Positions 50,218 through 61,273 of a stretch of DNA of 64,000 nucleotides are shown piece by piece. The stretch is taken from assembly GCA_965216875.1 (NCBI GenBank), contig OZ244207.1, positions 3,264,001-3,328,000 of the forward strand, given 5' to 3'. The translations under genes and the position numbers were made by a program. Positions within the stretch are counted from its first letter, which is position 1, and every line of letters begins with the position of its first letter. Source of the DNA: Rubripirellula sp. (GTDB taxonomy: Bacteria > Planctomycetota > Planctomycetia > Pirellulales > Pirellulaceae). The notes under the pieces were generated by a model. That model worked only from the letters and a program-made list of their open reading frames with translations, was not told where the DNA came from and did not search any database.

Positions 50218-52656
50218 TTACTTGTGATTGAACGCCGTGCTTGAAACAACGAGCTCAATCAAATCGCCAATCCGATGATCATTCAATTTCGATTTTGCGA
50301 CGATCTTTTCGATGAGAGGTCGATCCGAAAAGCCCATCTCACGCCCTGTTGCAAAGGTCAACAACTTGGTCGCGAGTGTACGTGCCAAACGGTCATCGTC
50401 GCTGGCCAGCCTATCGCGAAAGTCGACAAAGCCATCGAATCGTTCGCCATTTGCCATTTCGCCACTGGCATCAACCTGCGGCCCCAATCGGTAGCGAACA
50501 CGACGGCCAGCAACCAGCGTCTCGACGCGATCACCTTGGCCAAGGCTTCGGAAACGCTCGCGCCAACCTCCAATCGGATTGAAACTTTCAAGCGCAAACC
50601 CGGGTGGGTCGATCATTGCATGGCAACTTCGACAACTATCAAGATCGCGGTGCTTGTCTAGCAACTCACGCAACGTCGTTGCGCCGCGAATGTCCGGTTC
50701 AACACCCGCGATGCCCGCGGGAGGTGGTGGAGGCGTTTGTCCCATCAAGCGTTCCATCACCCAAACACCGCGAACCACCGGCGATGTGTTGGTTCCGTTT
50801 GCCGACACTTTCAAGATGCTCGCTTGTCCCAGCAAGCCGCCTCGAACGCCCGACACCGGAATGTCCACTTTGCGCACTTGCGGTGATGACACACCCTCGA
50901 TGCCGTAATGATGCGCCAAACGCACATTCAGCATCGCAAAGTTCGGCTTGACCAGCGATGTGACCGGAGCGTTTTCACGAATCACCGTCTTCAAGAATTC
51001 GCGAGTCTCGGCAAGCATCGAAAATTGAAGGAATGGATCAAACTCAGGAAAAAGACTCTTGTCCGGACTCGTGAATTCAATGTCGCGCAAATTGAGCCAT
51101 GCATCCGCAAAATCATCAATGAATCGGTCAAACCTTGCGTCCGCCCGTAAGCGTCTGGATTGTGCGATCAGCGTTTCGTGATCACTCAGCTTGCCTTGAT
51201 CCGCCAAGCGACGAAGTTCCTCGTCGGGCGCCGTTCTTGTCAAGAAATAGGCCAAGCGCGTTGCGAGGGCATGTTCATCAAGTTGGCCCGGTCGTTCCTG
51301 CATGTATAGAAAGTCGGGCGAACAAAAGATCGCTGCCACCGCCGTTCGCATGGCAGATTCAAAATCAGCTCCCGCGGCGCGCTGCTCATGAAACAGTTCG
51401 CGATACCGCGCGAGGTCCGCATCGTTTACGGGCCGTCGAAAGGCTTGTGCGGCGACCCGATGCAGGACGTTGTTGATCGCATCATCGGAAGCTTCGATCG
51501 CGAACTTCGGGACGTACCAAGACTTTTGCTTATCGCGTGGATTGCGAGGTTCGATCTCCGTGCGTTTCAAGCCATCAAAAAGCAGATGGTGACCGCGACT
51601 CGGGAATTGATCCACCAATGGCCCTTCCAATTCGACGTTCACAATGGCGAGCCCCGGACCGGTATAGCTTTCGATTCCCTTTTTTCGAATCTCGTTGTCT
51701 CGATCAGCGATCCCCCAGGGCGTCAACTCGATCATGTAGTTGCGATCGACATGAGCCTCGATCTCGATGGTCGTTGGTTCACCTGGCGGCACGGCGTGGT
51801 ATGCGAACGTTGGTCGCTCGGCGCCACGCTGGAAGGTGGTCGCGCCGATTGCGAACGTGATTGGAACTTCGGATTGATAGGCGTATCCCGTCACCGCGAT
51901 CCGGTACTTTCCGGCCTCGCGAACGTTTGCTGTCCGCAGCATTCCTGTCGGGTAGCCGAGCGGCCTAAAGAAGACAACGGCGCCATCGTCGGCCTGTTTC
52001 CATGCCGACCCGATGTGCTTTTCGCCCTCGACGGTGTCGGCGTAGTTTGCGTTCTTGATTGTCGGAACGGGTGCGTCGACCCGCTTGGCAATCGCGGCAT
52101 CCATGACCGAGTCGATCGCATCGAGATAACGTTGAAGCTGCACCATCGAAATGCTGAGTGACTCTCCCACGTTGTCAAACTCATGCGACCGACCGTCTTC
52201 GGGCAACATCGACTCAAGATCAAGATTGGTTCCAAACAGATCGTTGAGGGTGTTTTGGTACTCGCGACGGTTGAGTCGTCGCATCACCGTCCCTTTTGAC
52301 TTTGCGTGCGATGCATGAAGCGATCGACCAAGCAGATTCCGAAACGCTTCGTAGTGTTGCCCGTCGACCTCGTCGCCGTCAGGTGGCATTTCACGATTGA
52401 CGACACGATCGAACACGCGTTGCCAGCGTTCAAAACTCGCTGCGTCCGAGAGATCGACGTCGAGCACATCGATCTGCAAGCCACCCTCGTCAGCACCGTC
52501 GCCGTGACAGTCGTTGCAGTACTGCGAGAAAAAAGGCTGAAGCTTTTCCGCCGGCGCATCGTCCGCGACGCAGAAACCGGAACTGGCCAGCAGGATCAAA
52601 CAACCGATCCAAACAGCATGTCTTGATGCAGTCATCGTTGCGCCATGTGGCAACAT
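50218..52656 (-). CDS. DUF1592/DUF1588-family planctomycete cytochrome c-like protein
   Basis: YCNDCHG and SCRSCH heme motifs, RRLNRREYQNT, TSPVVRGVWV, IDPPGFALESF. Confidence 0.9.
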   Translation of the reverse strand: MLPHGATMTASRHAVWIGCLILLASSGFCVADDAPAEKLQPFFSQYCNDCHGDGADEGGLQIDVLDVDLSDAASFERWQRVFDRVVNREMPPDGDEVDGQHYEAFRNLLGRSLHASHAKSKGTVMRRLNRREYQNTLNDLFGTNLDLESMLPEDGRSHEFDNVGESLSISMVQLQRYLDAIDSVMDAAIAKRVDAPVPTIKNANYADTVEGEKHIGSAWKQADDGAVVFFRPLGYPTGMLRTANVREAGKYRIAVTGYAYQSEVPITFAIGATTFQRGAERPTFAYHAVPPGEPTTIEIEAHVDRNYMIELTPWGIADRDNEIRKKGIESYTGPGLAIVNVELEGPLVDQFPSRGHHLLFDGLKRTEIEPRNPRDKQKSWYVPKFAIEASDDAINNVLHRVAAQAFRRPVNDADLARYRELFHEQRAAGADFESAMRTAVAAIFCSPDFLYMQERPGQLDEHALATRLAYFLTRTAPDEELRRLADQGKLSDHETLIAQSRRLRADARFDRFIDDFADAWLNLRDIEFTSPDKSLFPEFDPFLQFSMLAETREFLKTVIRENAPVTSLVKPNFAMLNVRLAHHYGIEGVSSPQVRKVDIPVSGVRGGLLGQASILKVSANGTNTSPVVRGVWVMERLMGQTPPPPPAGIAGVEPDIRGATTLRELLDKHRDLDSCRSCHAMIDPPGFALESFNPIGGWRERFRSLGQGDRVETLVAGRRVRYRLGPQVDASGEMANGERFDGFVDFRDRLASDDDRLARTLATKLLTFATGREMGFSDRPLIEKIVAKSKLNDHRIGDLIELVVSSTAFNHK

Positions 52657-53109
52657 GTAGGCTTCCTGATGAGGTGGGCTTTGTGGCCGATGAGCCTGCA
52701 CTACGACATGCAACGCATGGGTGGGGCCAACTGCCGAGGTGGGAGGGGGCGGGGTGTTAAAGTCTACCTAGAATTCCACGCGATCCAAAATCGGGGCGGT
52801 TTTGAACTCGAAACGACCGCAGCGGGCACGTCTTTTACCAACCTAAACGGGATTGCGCAACGCGATGGCAAAGATTGACGGTTGTGCTTGTTTTCGCGAA
52901 TCTTCCTGCGCTGTCACCGAGATTCTGAAGTGTTTTGCTGCAACGCGCAATGATTGGGGCCTCTTCGTACGATTTTAACCACTGGTACGACGTGTTTGGA
53001 CCGAACGGCACTTTGGGCAGTAAGCCGTTCCGGTCAGCAGCGACTACCTGGGGCAAACAAGTTCACGAGTTTGATCTTTTTTTGCCGCGCGTAGTCGACT
53101 GCCGATAAC

Positions 53110-55143
53110 ATGACAAGAATCAATACAAACGTATCATCGCTGGTTGCCCAAAACCGTCTTCACGCCAGCAACACTGACCTGCAAACCGCTCTGACGCGTC
53201 TAAGCACGGGCCTGCGAATCAACAGTGGTGCCGACGATCCTGCTGGTCTGATCGCAAGCGAAGCTTTGCGAAGCGAAATCACCAGCCTTGGTAAAGCGCT
53301 CTCCAACACGCGTCGTGCCAGCCAAATCATCAGCACGGCGGACAGTGCTCTTGGCCAAGTCAGCAGCCTGCTTAACGACATTCGTGGTCTCGTCGTTGAA
53401 GCCGCCAACAGCGGTGCACTGAGCGATGAAGAAATCGCTGCGAACCAGTTGCAGATCGACAGTTCGTTGGAAGCGATCAACCGAATCGCTCAAACCACGA
53501 CCTTCCAGGGCCGCAAGCTGCTCGATGGTTCACTCGACTTTGTCAGTACCGCAGGCGGCGTCTCAAGCGTTCGTGATGCGAACATTGACCAAGCCAACCT
53601 CGGTGCTTCTGGCCAAATCGATGTCGAAGTGGTCATCAGTCAAGCTGCCGAACAAGCCGAAATCACAGCGGGAACCACATCGTTCTCCGCCGCAGGCCAG
53701 GCAACGGCAACCACGGGCGACGCTCGCGTCGAACAAGTCGACATTGGTGGTGAACTCATCACGGTCACGACGACCGATGCAAACTACGCCGGCATCGTCT
53801 TGGCCGACAACCCAGCATCGGGCGCTGGCGAAGTCTCCTACGACTCCGGCACGGGGAACCTCACTATCTCGGCCGACTTCTTCTTCTTCAATGCCGATGC
53901 ACAGACCATTCAAAGTGCCATCAACGAGCTTGATGGCTTCTTGGCCACAGGTGCGACCGGACCTGGTGGCGGATTCAATGGTGGTGCCTCCGGTGCCGGT
54001 CCAGCCGACGATTTGATTTCGGTCACGGCAAATGCCGAAGGCGCCGAGTACAACAACGTCACCGTCGAATTCGTTGCGGGCGCGGCCAACTCGGCCGACT
54101 ACAACAGCGAACAGAAAATCTTGACGGTCACCGTTGACGACTCGGCGGCACAATCGGCTGCCGCCATTGCTGCAGCGATCGACGCGGCAACCGTTGACGG
54201 GTCGGCCCCAGCACAACCCGTCTTCACAGCCACCGGCATTGCAGGCGGCTTGGTCGATATCAACGAAGGCCTCGATAACCTGACCACAGGCACGACCGGC
54301 GGTGAAGTCCTGGTCGATGACTTGGTCTTCCAACTCAATGGAGCCGACGGAGCAGAGACGTTCAACTTTGGTGCGGGCACTTCGTCGGCTCAGATCGCCA
54401 ACGCCGTGAATCTGGTTTCCGACAGCACCGGCGTGACCGCCCTTGCCGATGCCGCTCAAGGTCTTGTCTTCACTTCGACCGCCTACGGAACCGACGCGTT
54501 GATCAACATCGACGTGATTTCCGAAGGGGCCACTGGAACGTTTGGTGCCAACCTGAGTTCGATTCGTGATTCGGGTACCGACATCGTCGCGACCGTCAAC
54601 GGCGTCGAAGCGAGTGGCGACGCCAACACCTTGACCGTCAACACCAGCACGCTCGACTTGGACCTAACCGTCGACGACGGTAGCGACACGAACTTCTCGT
54701 TCTCGATCATTGGTGGCGGTGCCCTGTTCCAACTTGGCCCCGATGTCACGACCAACCAACAAGCACGTCTTGGCATTGGCAGCGTCAGCACGGGTCAAAT
54801 CGGCGGTGCAACAGGCCGCCTTTACGAATTGGGTAGCGGCCAAGCGAAATCGTTGGTCAACGACATTACTGGTGCCGCTTCGATCATCGACGAAGTGATC
54901 AGTAAAGTGACCAGCCTTCGCGGGCGATTGGGTGCGTTCCAATCGACGACAATCGAAAGCAACTTGGTGAGCCTCTCGGATACGCAGGCCAACCTGCAAG
55001 AAGCGGAAAGCTCGATTCGGGATGCAGACTTTGCACAGGAATCGGCAAACCTGACCCGTGCTCAGATCTTGGTCCAATCGGGAACCAACGTTCTTTCGCT
55101 TGCCAACCAAAACCCGCAAAACGTTTTGGCCCTACTGCGATAG
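53110..55143 (+). CDS. fliC: Flagellin (copy 1)
   Basis: RINTNVSSL, RLSTGLRINSGADDPAGL, AESSIRDADFAQE, NPQNVLALLR. Confidence 0.97.
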   Translation: MTRINTNVSSLVAQNRLHASNTDLQTALTRLSTGLRINSGADDPAGLIASEALRSEITSLGKALSNTRRASQIISTADSALGQVSSLLNDIRGLVVEAANSGALSDEEIAANQLQIDSSLEAINRIAQTTTFQGRKLLDGSLDFVSTAGGVSSVRDANIDQANLGASGQIDVEVVISQAAEQAEITAGTTSFSAAGQATATTGDARVEQVDIGGELITVTTTDANYAGIVLADNPASGAGEVSYDSGTGNLTISADFFFFNADAQTIQSAINELDGFLATGATGPGGGFNGGASGAGPADDLISVTANAEGAEYNNVTVEFVAGAANSADYNSEQKILTVTVDDSAAQSAAAIAAAIDAATVDGSAPAQPVFTATGIAGGLVDINEGLDNLTTGTTGGEVLVDDLVFQLNGADGAETFNFGAGTSSAQIANAVNLVSDSTGVTALADAAQGLVFTSTAYGTDALINIDVISEGATGTFGANLSSIRDSGTDIVATVNGVEASGDANTLTVNTSTLDLDLTVDDGSDTNFSFSIIGGGALFQLGPDVTTNQQARLGIGSVSTGQIGGATGRLYELGSGQAKSLVNDITGAASIIDEVISKVTSLRGRLGAFQSTTIESNLVSLSDTQANLQEAESSIRDADFAQESANLTRAQILVQSGTNVLSLANQNPQNVLALLR

Positions 55144-55205
55144 GTCGCCAAAACCATCGAAACGTAGCGTCGGTTCACCTTGCCCCACAAACCGGCGCTT
55201 CTATC

Positions 55206-55242
55206 AAACGCTCTGCTGCAGAAATGCGGCAGAGCGTTTTTT
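55206..55242 (+). terminator. Rho-independent terminator after flagellin 1
   Basis: aaacgctctgctgca-gaaa-tgcggcagagcg-tttttt. Confidence 0.88.
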
Positions 55243-55551
55243 CATTGGCGTCCCATGTTTTCATTGGCATCCCATGAAGCCAAAGTTGCGAAGCGTTTCG
55301 CCCGGAGTGACTCGAAGAACCGTTGTGCGTTTCAGATCCGGTGCGACCGGCGTGACAAGCCTTTACTGTCGCTTAAAGAAACCGGATCGTTCGGCTTGTT
55401 CCGATTGCGCAATCGCGTTTGGTCAACAATGTTGCGTTTTTCATTCAAAGTTGCCGCATTGCAACGAACTGTGATTGATTATTCGCTAGCCGCGCACATC
55501 TAGCGCGATTCCCGCAGGGCGTCGCAAATCGACTCAAGGGCTTATACGACC

Positions 55552-57576
55552 ATGACACGAATCAATACAAACGTTTCTTCACTGGTTGCTCAGAACCGAC
55601 TGAAATCCAGTAACAACGACTTGCAGTCCGCTTTGACTCGACTGAGTACGGGCCTGCGAATTAACAGTGGTGCCGATGACCCCGCTGGTCTGATCGCCAG
55701 CGAGGCGCTCCGAAGCGAGGTCACCGGACTTAACAAGGCCATCTCGAACACACAACGAGCAAGCCAAATCATTTCGACCGCCGACAGTGCCTTAGGCCAA
55801 GTCAGCTCGTTGCTAAATGATATTCGCGGCTTGGTCGTTGAAGCTGCCAATAGTGGTGCACTCAGCGAAGAAGAAATCGCTGCGAACCAGCTGCAAATTG
55901 ACAGTTCGCTCGAGGCGATCAACCGAATTTCGCAAACCACGACCTTCCAGGGTCGTAAGCTGCTCGACGGGTCACAAGACTTTGTGTCAACGATCGGCAG
56001 CGTTGCATCGGTACGTGACGCGAGCATCGAACAGGCCAAACTCAGCTCAGGAAACCTGAACGTTGAAGTGGTCGTCAACACGGCTGCTGAACAAGCCACT
56101 GCAACGGCAAGCGCATCGGCATTCACGACCGCAGCGCAAGCGAACGTCGCCACACCAGACGGCCGAGTCGGAACCGCCGCGATCGGTGGCGAAACCATCA
56201 CGATCACTGGCGATGACGGATTCGCAAACGTCACCTTGGCCGATAACGCCGCTGACGGCACCGGAGTTGTTTCGTACAACTCAGGAACGGGCGAGTTGAC
56301 CATTTCGGCCGACTTCACTGGCACCGCCGCCGACGCACAAGTCATCCAAGACGCCATCGACGACCTAGACGGTTTTGTCGCAACCGGTGCCTCGGGTGCT
56401 GGTACTGGTGGTGGTACCGCGGGCACGACGGCAACCGCCGCTGCCGGCGCTGTGGTTGACATCACGGCCGTCAACGCTGGATCCGACTACAACAACGTCA
56501 CTGTCGAGTTCGTTTCGGGTGCATCCAACGCAGCCGACTACGACAGCGAGCAAAAGATCCTTACCGTTACCGTTAACTCGTCGGCACCTCAAACCGCTAC
56601 TGCGATCGCAAGTGCGATTGGCAGCCACACGGTTGATGGCGCATCAGCGACCGCATTGTTCAGTGCAACAGGACTGGCCAACGCATCGGTTGACATCGGC
56701 GAAGGCATCGACTCACTCTCCACGGCCAGCACGGGTGGTGAAGTGCTGTCGGCCGACTTGGTCTTCCAGCTCAATGGATCGCAAGGAGCCGAAACGTTCA
56801 ATTTCGGTGCCGGCACGAGCAAGGACCAAATCTCCGAAGCCATCAACTTGGTTGCAGACAGCACCGGTGTGGGAGCGACCGTCACTGCGGGTGCTCTAAC
56901 CCTGACCTCGACCGACTACGGTAGCGACGCATTGGTCAACGTCGACGTCATCAACGAAGGTTCGGGTGGCACATTTGCCGCCAACCTCGACACGACACGC
57001 GACACGGGCACCGACATCGTTGCGAAAGTCAACGGCGTTGAAGCAACCGGTAAGGCAAACACTCTGTCCATCAACACCAGCTCGCTCGACTTAAGCTTGA
57101 CCGTTGACGACGGCAGCAGCACCAACTTCTCGTTCTCGATCTCGGGTGGTGGTGCAACGTTCCAACTCGGTCCCGACGTCAGCAGCACTCAACAAGCTTC
57201 GTTGGGGATCGGAAGCGTCAGCACCGGTCAACTCGGCGGTGCAACCGGACGACTCTACGAACTGGGAAGCGGCCAAGCACGCAGCTTGACCAATGATGTT
57301 ACCGGAGCGGCCGACATCATTGACGAAGTGATCAACAAGGTCACCGGGCTTCGCGGTCGATTGGGTGCGTTCCAATCAACCACCTTGGAAAGCAACTTGG
57401 TTTCGTTGAACGACACCAAAGCAAACTTGCAAGAAGCCGAAAGCTCGATCCGCGACGCCGACTTCGCTCAAGAATCGGCCAAGCTCACTCGAGCTCAGAT
57501 CCTGGTCCAGTCGGGTACGAACGTGCTGTCGCTGGCCAACCAGAATCCACAAAACGTCCTCGCGCTGCTGCGATAG
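55552..57576 (+). CDS. fliC: Flagellin (copy 2)
   Basis: Same conserved termini as copy 1; AAGG RBS. Confidence 0.97.
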   Translation: MTRINTNVSSLVAQNRLKSSNNDLQSALTRLSTGLRINSGADDPAGLIASEALRSEVTGLNKAISNTQRASQIISTADSALGQVSSLLNDIRGLVVEAANSGALSEEEIAANQLQIDSSLEAINRISQTTTFQGRKLLDGSQDFVSTIGSVASVRDASIEQAKLSSGNLNVEVVVNTAAEQATATASASAFTTAAQANVATPDGRVGTAAIGGETITITGDDGFANVTLADNAADGTGVVSYNSGTGELTISADFTGTAADAQVIQDAIDDLDGFVATGASGAGTGGGTAGTTATAAAGAVVDITAVNAGSDYNNVTVEFVSGASNAADYDSEQKILTVTVNSSAPQTATAIASAIGSHTVDGASATALFSATGLANASVDIGEGIDSLSTASTGGEVLSADLVFQLNGSQGAETFNFGAGTSKDQISEAINLVADSTGVGATVTAGALTLTSTDYGSDALVNVDVINEGSGGTFAANLDTTRDTGTDIVAKVNGVEATGKANTLSINTSSLDLSLTVDDGSSTNFSFSISGGGATFQLGPDVSSTQQASLGIGSVSTGQLGGATGRLYELGSGQARSLTNDVTGAADIIDEVINKVTGLRGRLGAFQSTTLESNLVSLNDTKANLQEAESSIRDADFAQESAKLTRAQILVQSGTNVLSLANQNPQNVLALLR

Positions 57577-57612
57577 AGCAACGCAAACGTAGGACGATCA
57601 CCATAGCAAGCG

Positions 57613-57658
57613 CGGCCGCTGAAGGGTTCAAAAATGAACCTCCTTTAGCGGCCGCTTT
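57613..57658 (+). terminator. Hairpin after flagellin 2 (possible terminator)
   Basis: gcggccgctgaag-ggttca...tgaacc-tc-ctttagcggccgc-ttt; short U tract. Confidence 0.5.
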
Positions 57659-57693
57659 GCGTTATGGAGTCCTGATGCGCGCTCAGCCGACAC

Positions 57694-57721
57694 TGTCGCC
57701 TTTCGCTCCGCGAAAGTTGCG
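57694..57721. repeat. REP-like family A
   Basis: tgtcgcctttcgctccgcgaaagttgcg. Confidence 0.85.
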
Positions 57722-58011
57722 TTAACGCGGCGCAAGAGAAGTTCCGCGACGACAGACCGGTAGCCCCAATGGAGATGGGGAACCTTCAACAAGTATCGAC
57801 GACGGCACAAAGGTGCCTTTGGCAGAGATCTCCTTTTGCCGGCCGTTGCGTTTGAGAGCAACGTCGAGCCCACCAGGCGAAAAGGAGATGATAGTGATAC
57901 TTGCGGTCTAGAGATCCAGCTGAAGGGTTTGCATCATGCAAAGCTCGACTGCTGGCAATGCCAAGTCCGTTTCGGAACCCGAAGGTCCAACGGACTTTGA
58001 CCTTTGATTTA

Positions 58012-58644
58012 CTAAACCAAGTTTTTTCGTACTGCCCATACAGCAGCTTGCGTTCGGTCGCTAACGCCGATCTTGCGCAAGATGTGTTGGACGTGCTCTT
58101 TGACCGTTTCGTAGCTGATGCCAAGCATCTTGGCGATCTCTTTGTTGGTCAAACCAAGCGCCATTTGGCGAAGCACTTCGCTTTCGCGTTGAGTCAGAGG
58201 CACTTCAATGTCCTGACTCAAACGAGGCGTTGCCAACGCACCCGTGACGCGACGCAGTTCTTCACGCGTCCACGCCGACTCACCATTGATGGCGGTTTCC
58301 AAAGCGCTGATCAAGCGTTCGCGTGGGGCGGATTTGAGAACGTAGCCGGCGGCTCCCAACGCAACAGCGCGTGCGATGTAGGTTGGGTTGTCATATGCCG
58401 AGAACAGGACGATCGGCAGGTCGGGGTAGTCAAGCTTCATGCGACCAAGCGCATTGAGGCCATCGCCACCTTCCATGCGAATGTCCATCAAAACGACATC
58501 GGGCGAGACGCGTTCGACAGCGGCCAGCGCTTCGGCCGCCGACGTCGCTTCGCCAGCAATTTCCATGTCGGTCTGTTCGAGCATCAAACGCAAACCAAGG
58601 CGAATGATCTCGTGATCGTCAACGATCAGAAGTTTTTTGCTCAT
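58012..58644 (-). CDS. NarL/FixJ (LuxR-HTH) response regulator
   Basis: IVDDHEIIRLGL, VVLMDIRM, GYVLK, LTQRESEVL...TNKEIA...TVKEHV...DRTQAA. Confidence 0.96.
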   Translation of the reverse strand: MSKKLLIVDDHEIIRLGLRLMLEQTDMEIAGEATSAAEALAAVERVSPDVVLMDIRMEGGDGLNALGRMKLDYPDLPIVLFSAYDNPTYIARAVALGAAGYVLKSAPRERLISALETAINGESAWTREELRRVTGALATPRLSQDIEVPLTQRESEVLRQMALGLTNKEIAKMLGISYETVKEHVQHILRKIGVSDRTQAAVWAVRKNLV

Positions 58645-59124
58645 TGAAACTCCAATATTCTTCTCTTTGGGCTCTTTCTTCCATTGACCTCATCAAGAGG
58701 ACGGCATCCCCTGGATCTGACCGATACGACTCCTGCAGCGGTTGACTCTTAGAGAACACATGCGTAGTCACGCGCCCCCTCGTAAGGGAGGCCGCTTCAT
58801 GCGAGAGTCGTTCGCCCCATTTCACCGTGGTGATCAGATGGACGGGGACAATATGTACCACACATCATTCAGGCGACAGATCCCTTCACCTTCTGATAAC
58901 GGTGCTTATGTCCCCCATCCGGGTACCCCCTATCATAGCAACTAGGCAAGCTACCCACGCTACCCATTCGCTTCCAGAATGAGAAAAAAGCGGGAAACCA
59001 CATACGATTGCGCGGTCTAACGACCGCCCCATCTGACCTGGTTAGATACCCGCTAAATGGAATCGTCCCCCGCCAAACACCAATAAACGCACAAATTTTT
59101 GCGCGTTTTTTTTGATCGGTGTGC

Positions 59125-60990
59125 TCAACTTGACGCTGCATTGGCAGCAGCACGCGTCGTTGCGATCAACTCGCGGTACTTCCGTTGGACCTTATGCATC
59201 CACGCAGCAAGGTAGATGTTGCCTACCATCGACAGCAACAAGAACAGCGTGAACATGCGATGTGGGGGGTCCTTTGCAGTTGATTGTGGCGATGAACTCG
59301 TGTGATCCACCAACTTGGCTTGAGGTGGCAGAGTGCGCGGCTGCGCAGCTGGCTGAGTCGGCGGATAGCGTCGACTGTCGGTCAGATCACGGGGGCCACC
59401 GGCATAACCTTGCGGCGGCATCGTTTGACGAGGTGTCGTCGAGGGCGCAGAAACGTTTCCTGAATAAGACGTGTCGAGTCTTGCCGATCGCAATGGCTGC
59501 GAAGCGGGCGGGTTCGACGCGATCGGGGCTGGCGCAGTCGCTGGATTTCGACGGTAGGACGGAATGGGTTGCCCATACTCATCAATCAATTCACCCTTCG
59601 CGTTGACCGGACGTCCTTGGGCGTCAACCGAGAAGGTGCCCGGCGGATAACCGTTGCCCGCGATGGTGGCACCATCGCGACTCGCACTGCCCTGGTCACG
59701 ACCTGCGTAGGGACTCGCTGGCGCCCCTGCCAATCCCGACTTGGCGTAGGTGTCCTGATGCGTCATCGGAGTCCGCGAGTTCGGCGCTGTATTTCCGTCG
59801 AGGGAAAGTCCTGCGGGTAGGCGTCCAAAGTTATCACTGCTGGTGATCCCAGAACGGTTGCCGACCGTTGCGGTTGTACCGGGTGTTGAATAGGCCGACT
59901 TTGGTTGCAGCGAATTGCCCACTGTCTGATTGGATTGCGGCTGGGCACTCTTTGCCGCAAAGGGGTTGTAGGGCTGCAAGCTAGTAGGGCCCTGAGTACC
60001 GGGGCGTTGAGATCCGGCGCCTTGAGACGCAGCCGTTGTGCCTTGGTTTGTCGCCTGAGATTGGTTTCGGAATGGGTTGGTGGCACCGGCAGCCAGCGGG
60101 TCGGTCGTGGGTCCACCTCGCAAGGTCATTGCCGGCGGGCCCAATCCAACTCGCCCCTGTTGCGAAGCAGCAGTAGTAGCCGGGCCGGCCCCCGTCGAAG
60201 CCGTTGGCCATGGCGAGCGCGCACTTGGACTGACCGGTTCGGTGGTGGGTCCGCCCGGTCGAGACGATGCCCGGCCACTGTTGAGATCGCCGCCAGTGAA
60301 GCGTAGCGAACCACCTTGGTTGGTACTGCCAGGAGCACTTGGCGTATTCGGATTACCCAGATTGGGATTGCCCAGCGCGCTGTTGACGGCTCCTTGGATC
60401 GTTTGGCCCGTTCGATCGACGGCGTCCGTGAGTGCGTTGTTTGCAGCATCGCCGAGCCGTTTTCGTGCGGCATCGATTTCGCTTTGCATCGAAGCACTGA
60501 AATCGGCGCCCGCCGATTGCAATCCATTGGTTGCCGACTGCAACGCCGATGACGATGCATTGGCGCCAGGCGCGGCCGGGTTCGCCGCTGCACCTTGGCC
60601 AAAGTTCGACAACGAGCCGGGCAAGGTCATTCCGCCATTTTGAGGCTTCATGACGGTTTCGCGCGACCTTCTCCCCTGTGACTGGGGAATCGGCATCGGC
60701 TCAAGATCAGCCTTGGCAATCCCGCTTTCAAATTCATTTGAGGCAACTGTAAAGTTGCGCGGTAGTTCACGCGGCAATGCACCGTTGCCAATTCGCACGG
60801 TCACTTTCGTGACCTGACCGCGCACAGCCGGATCGATGACGCTGCTAATCGCGCCCTCACGTTGCATGTCTGCAACCTGTTCTGGCGGTACTTGAATGAT
60901 GTACTCCACACCTTCATTGCCGTCCGGTTGCCAGCCATAGGTGACGCCACCCAACATGGTCACCATCAGCAGTGCCGAGACTCCGCCCAT
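59125..60990 (-). CDS. Hypothetical exported low-complexity (G/A/S/P/T/Q) protein with C-terminal membrane anchor
   Basis: Hydrophobic N-terminus, short domain YGWQPDGNEGVEYIIQVPP, long low-complexity middle, TM FTLFLLLSMVGNIYLAAW followed by basic residues; AAGGA RBS. Confidence 0.8.
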   Translation of the reverse strand: MGGVSALLMVTMLGGVTYGWQPDGNEGVEYIIQVPPEQVADMQREGAISSVIDPAVRGQVTKVTVRIGNGALPRELPRNFTVASNEFESGIAKADLEPMPIPQSQGRRSRETVMKPQNGGMTLPGSLSNFGQGAAANPAAPGANASSSALQSATNGLQSAGADFSASMQSEIDAARKRLGDAANNALTDAVDRTGQTIQGAVNSALGNPNLGNPNTPSAPGSTNQGGSLRFTGGDLNSGRASSRPGGPTTEPVSPSARSPWPTASTGAGPATTAASQQGRVGLGPPAMTLRGGPTTDPLAAGATNPFRNQSQATNQGTTAASQGAGSQRPGTQGPTSLQPYNPFAAKSAQPQSNQTVGNSLQPKSAYSTPGTTATVGNRSGITSSDNFGRLPAGLSLDGNTAPNSRTPMTHQDTYAKSGLAGAPASPYAGRDQGSASRDGATIAGNGYPPGTFSVDAQGRPVNAKGELIDEYGQPIPSYRRNPATAPAPIASNPPASQPLRSARLDTSYSGNVSAPSTTPRQTMPPQGYAGGPRDLTDSRRYPPTQPAAQPRTLPPQAKLVDHTSSSPQSTAKDPPHRMFTLFLLLSMVGNIYLAAWMHKVQRKYRELIATTRAAANAASS

Positions 60991-61273
60991 CGTTCAATCC
61001 TTGAATGATGCATCCTGTTTACGTGTCGCTAACAACAGATAACGACACTGTTTCATAAGTCGCTTTGCCACGACATCACATGCTCACCGCACGCGTTTTC
61101 GCGCTTTCCAGAGCGCGTGGAACGTGACAAAACGAAAGAATCGTACCGCCAGCCCACCAAAGCAGTAAAGGGAGATTTGTGGGCAAGCCGAGCCGTGAAA
61201 CGGAGCTTTGGTAAGCTAGGCAGGCTGGTACAAATCGACAAAGCGAGTAGTAGCGTGCGTGCAGGCACACAAC

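Noticed and set aside
57628..57873. Small ORF containing ATFAERKAT
   Set aside because: It is a translation of REP-like family A, not a credible gene.
57901..58647. 248-aa plus-strand ORF
   Set aside because: Antisense shadow of the LuxR-type response regulator.
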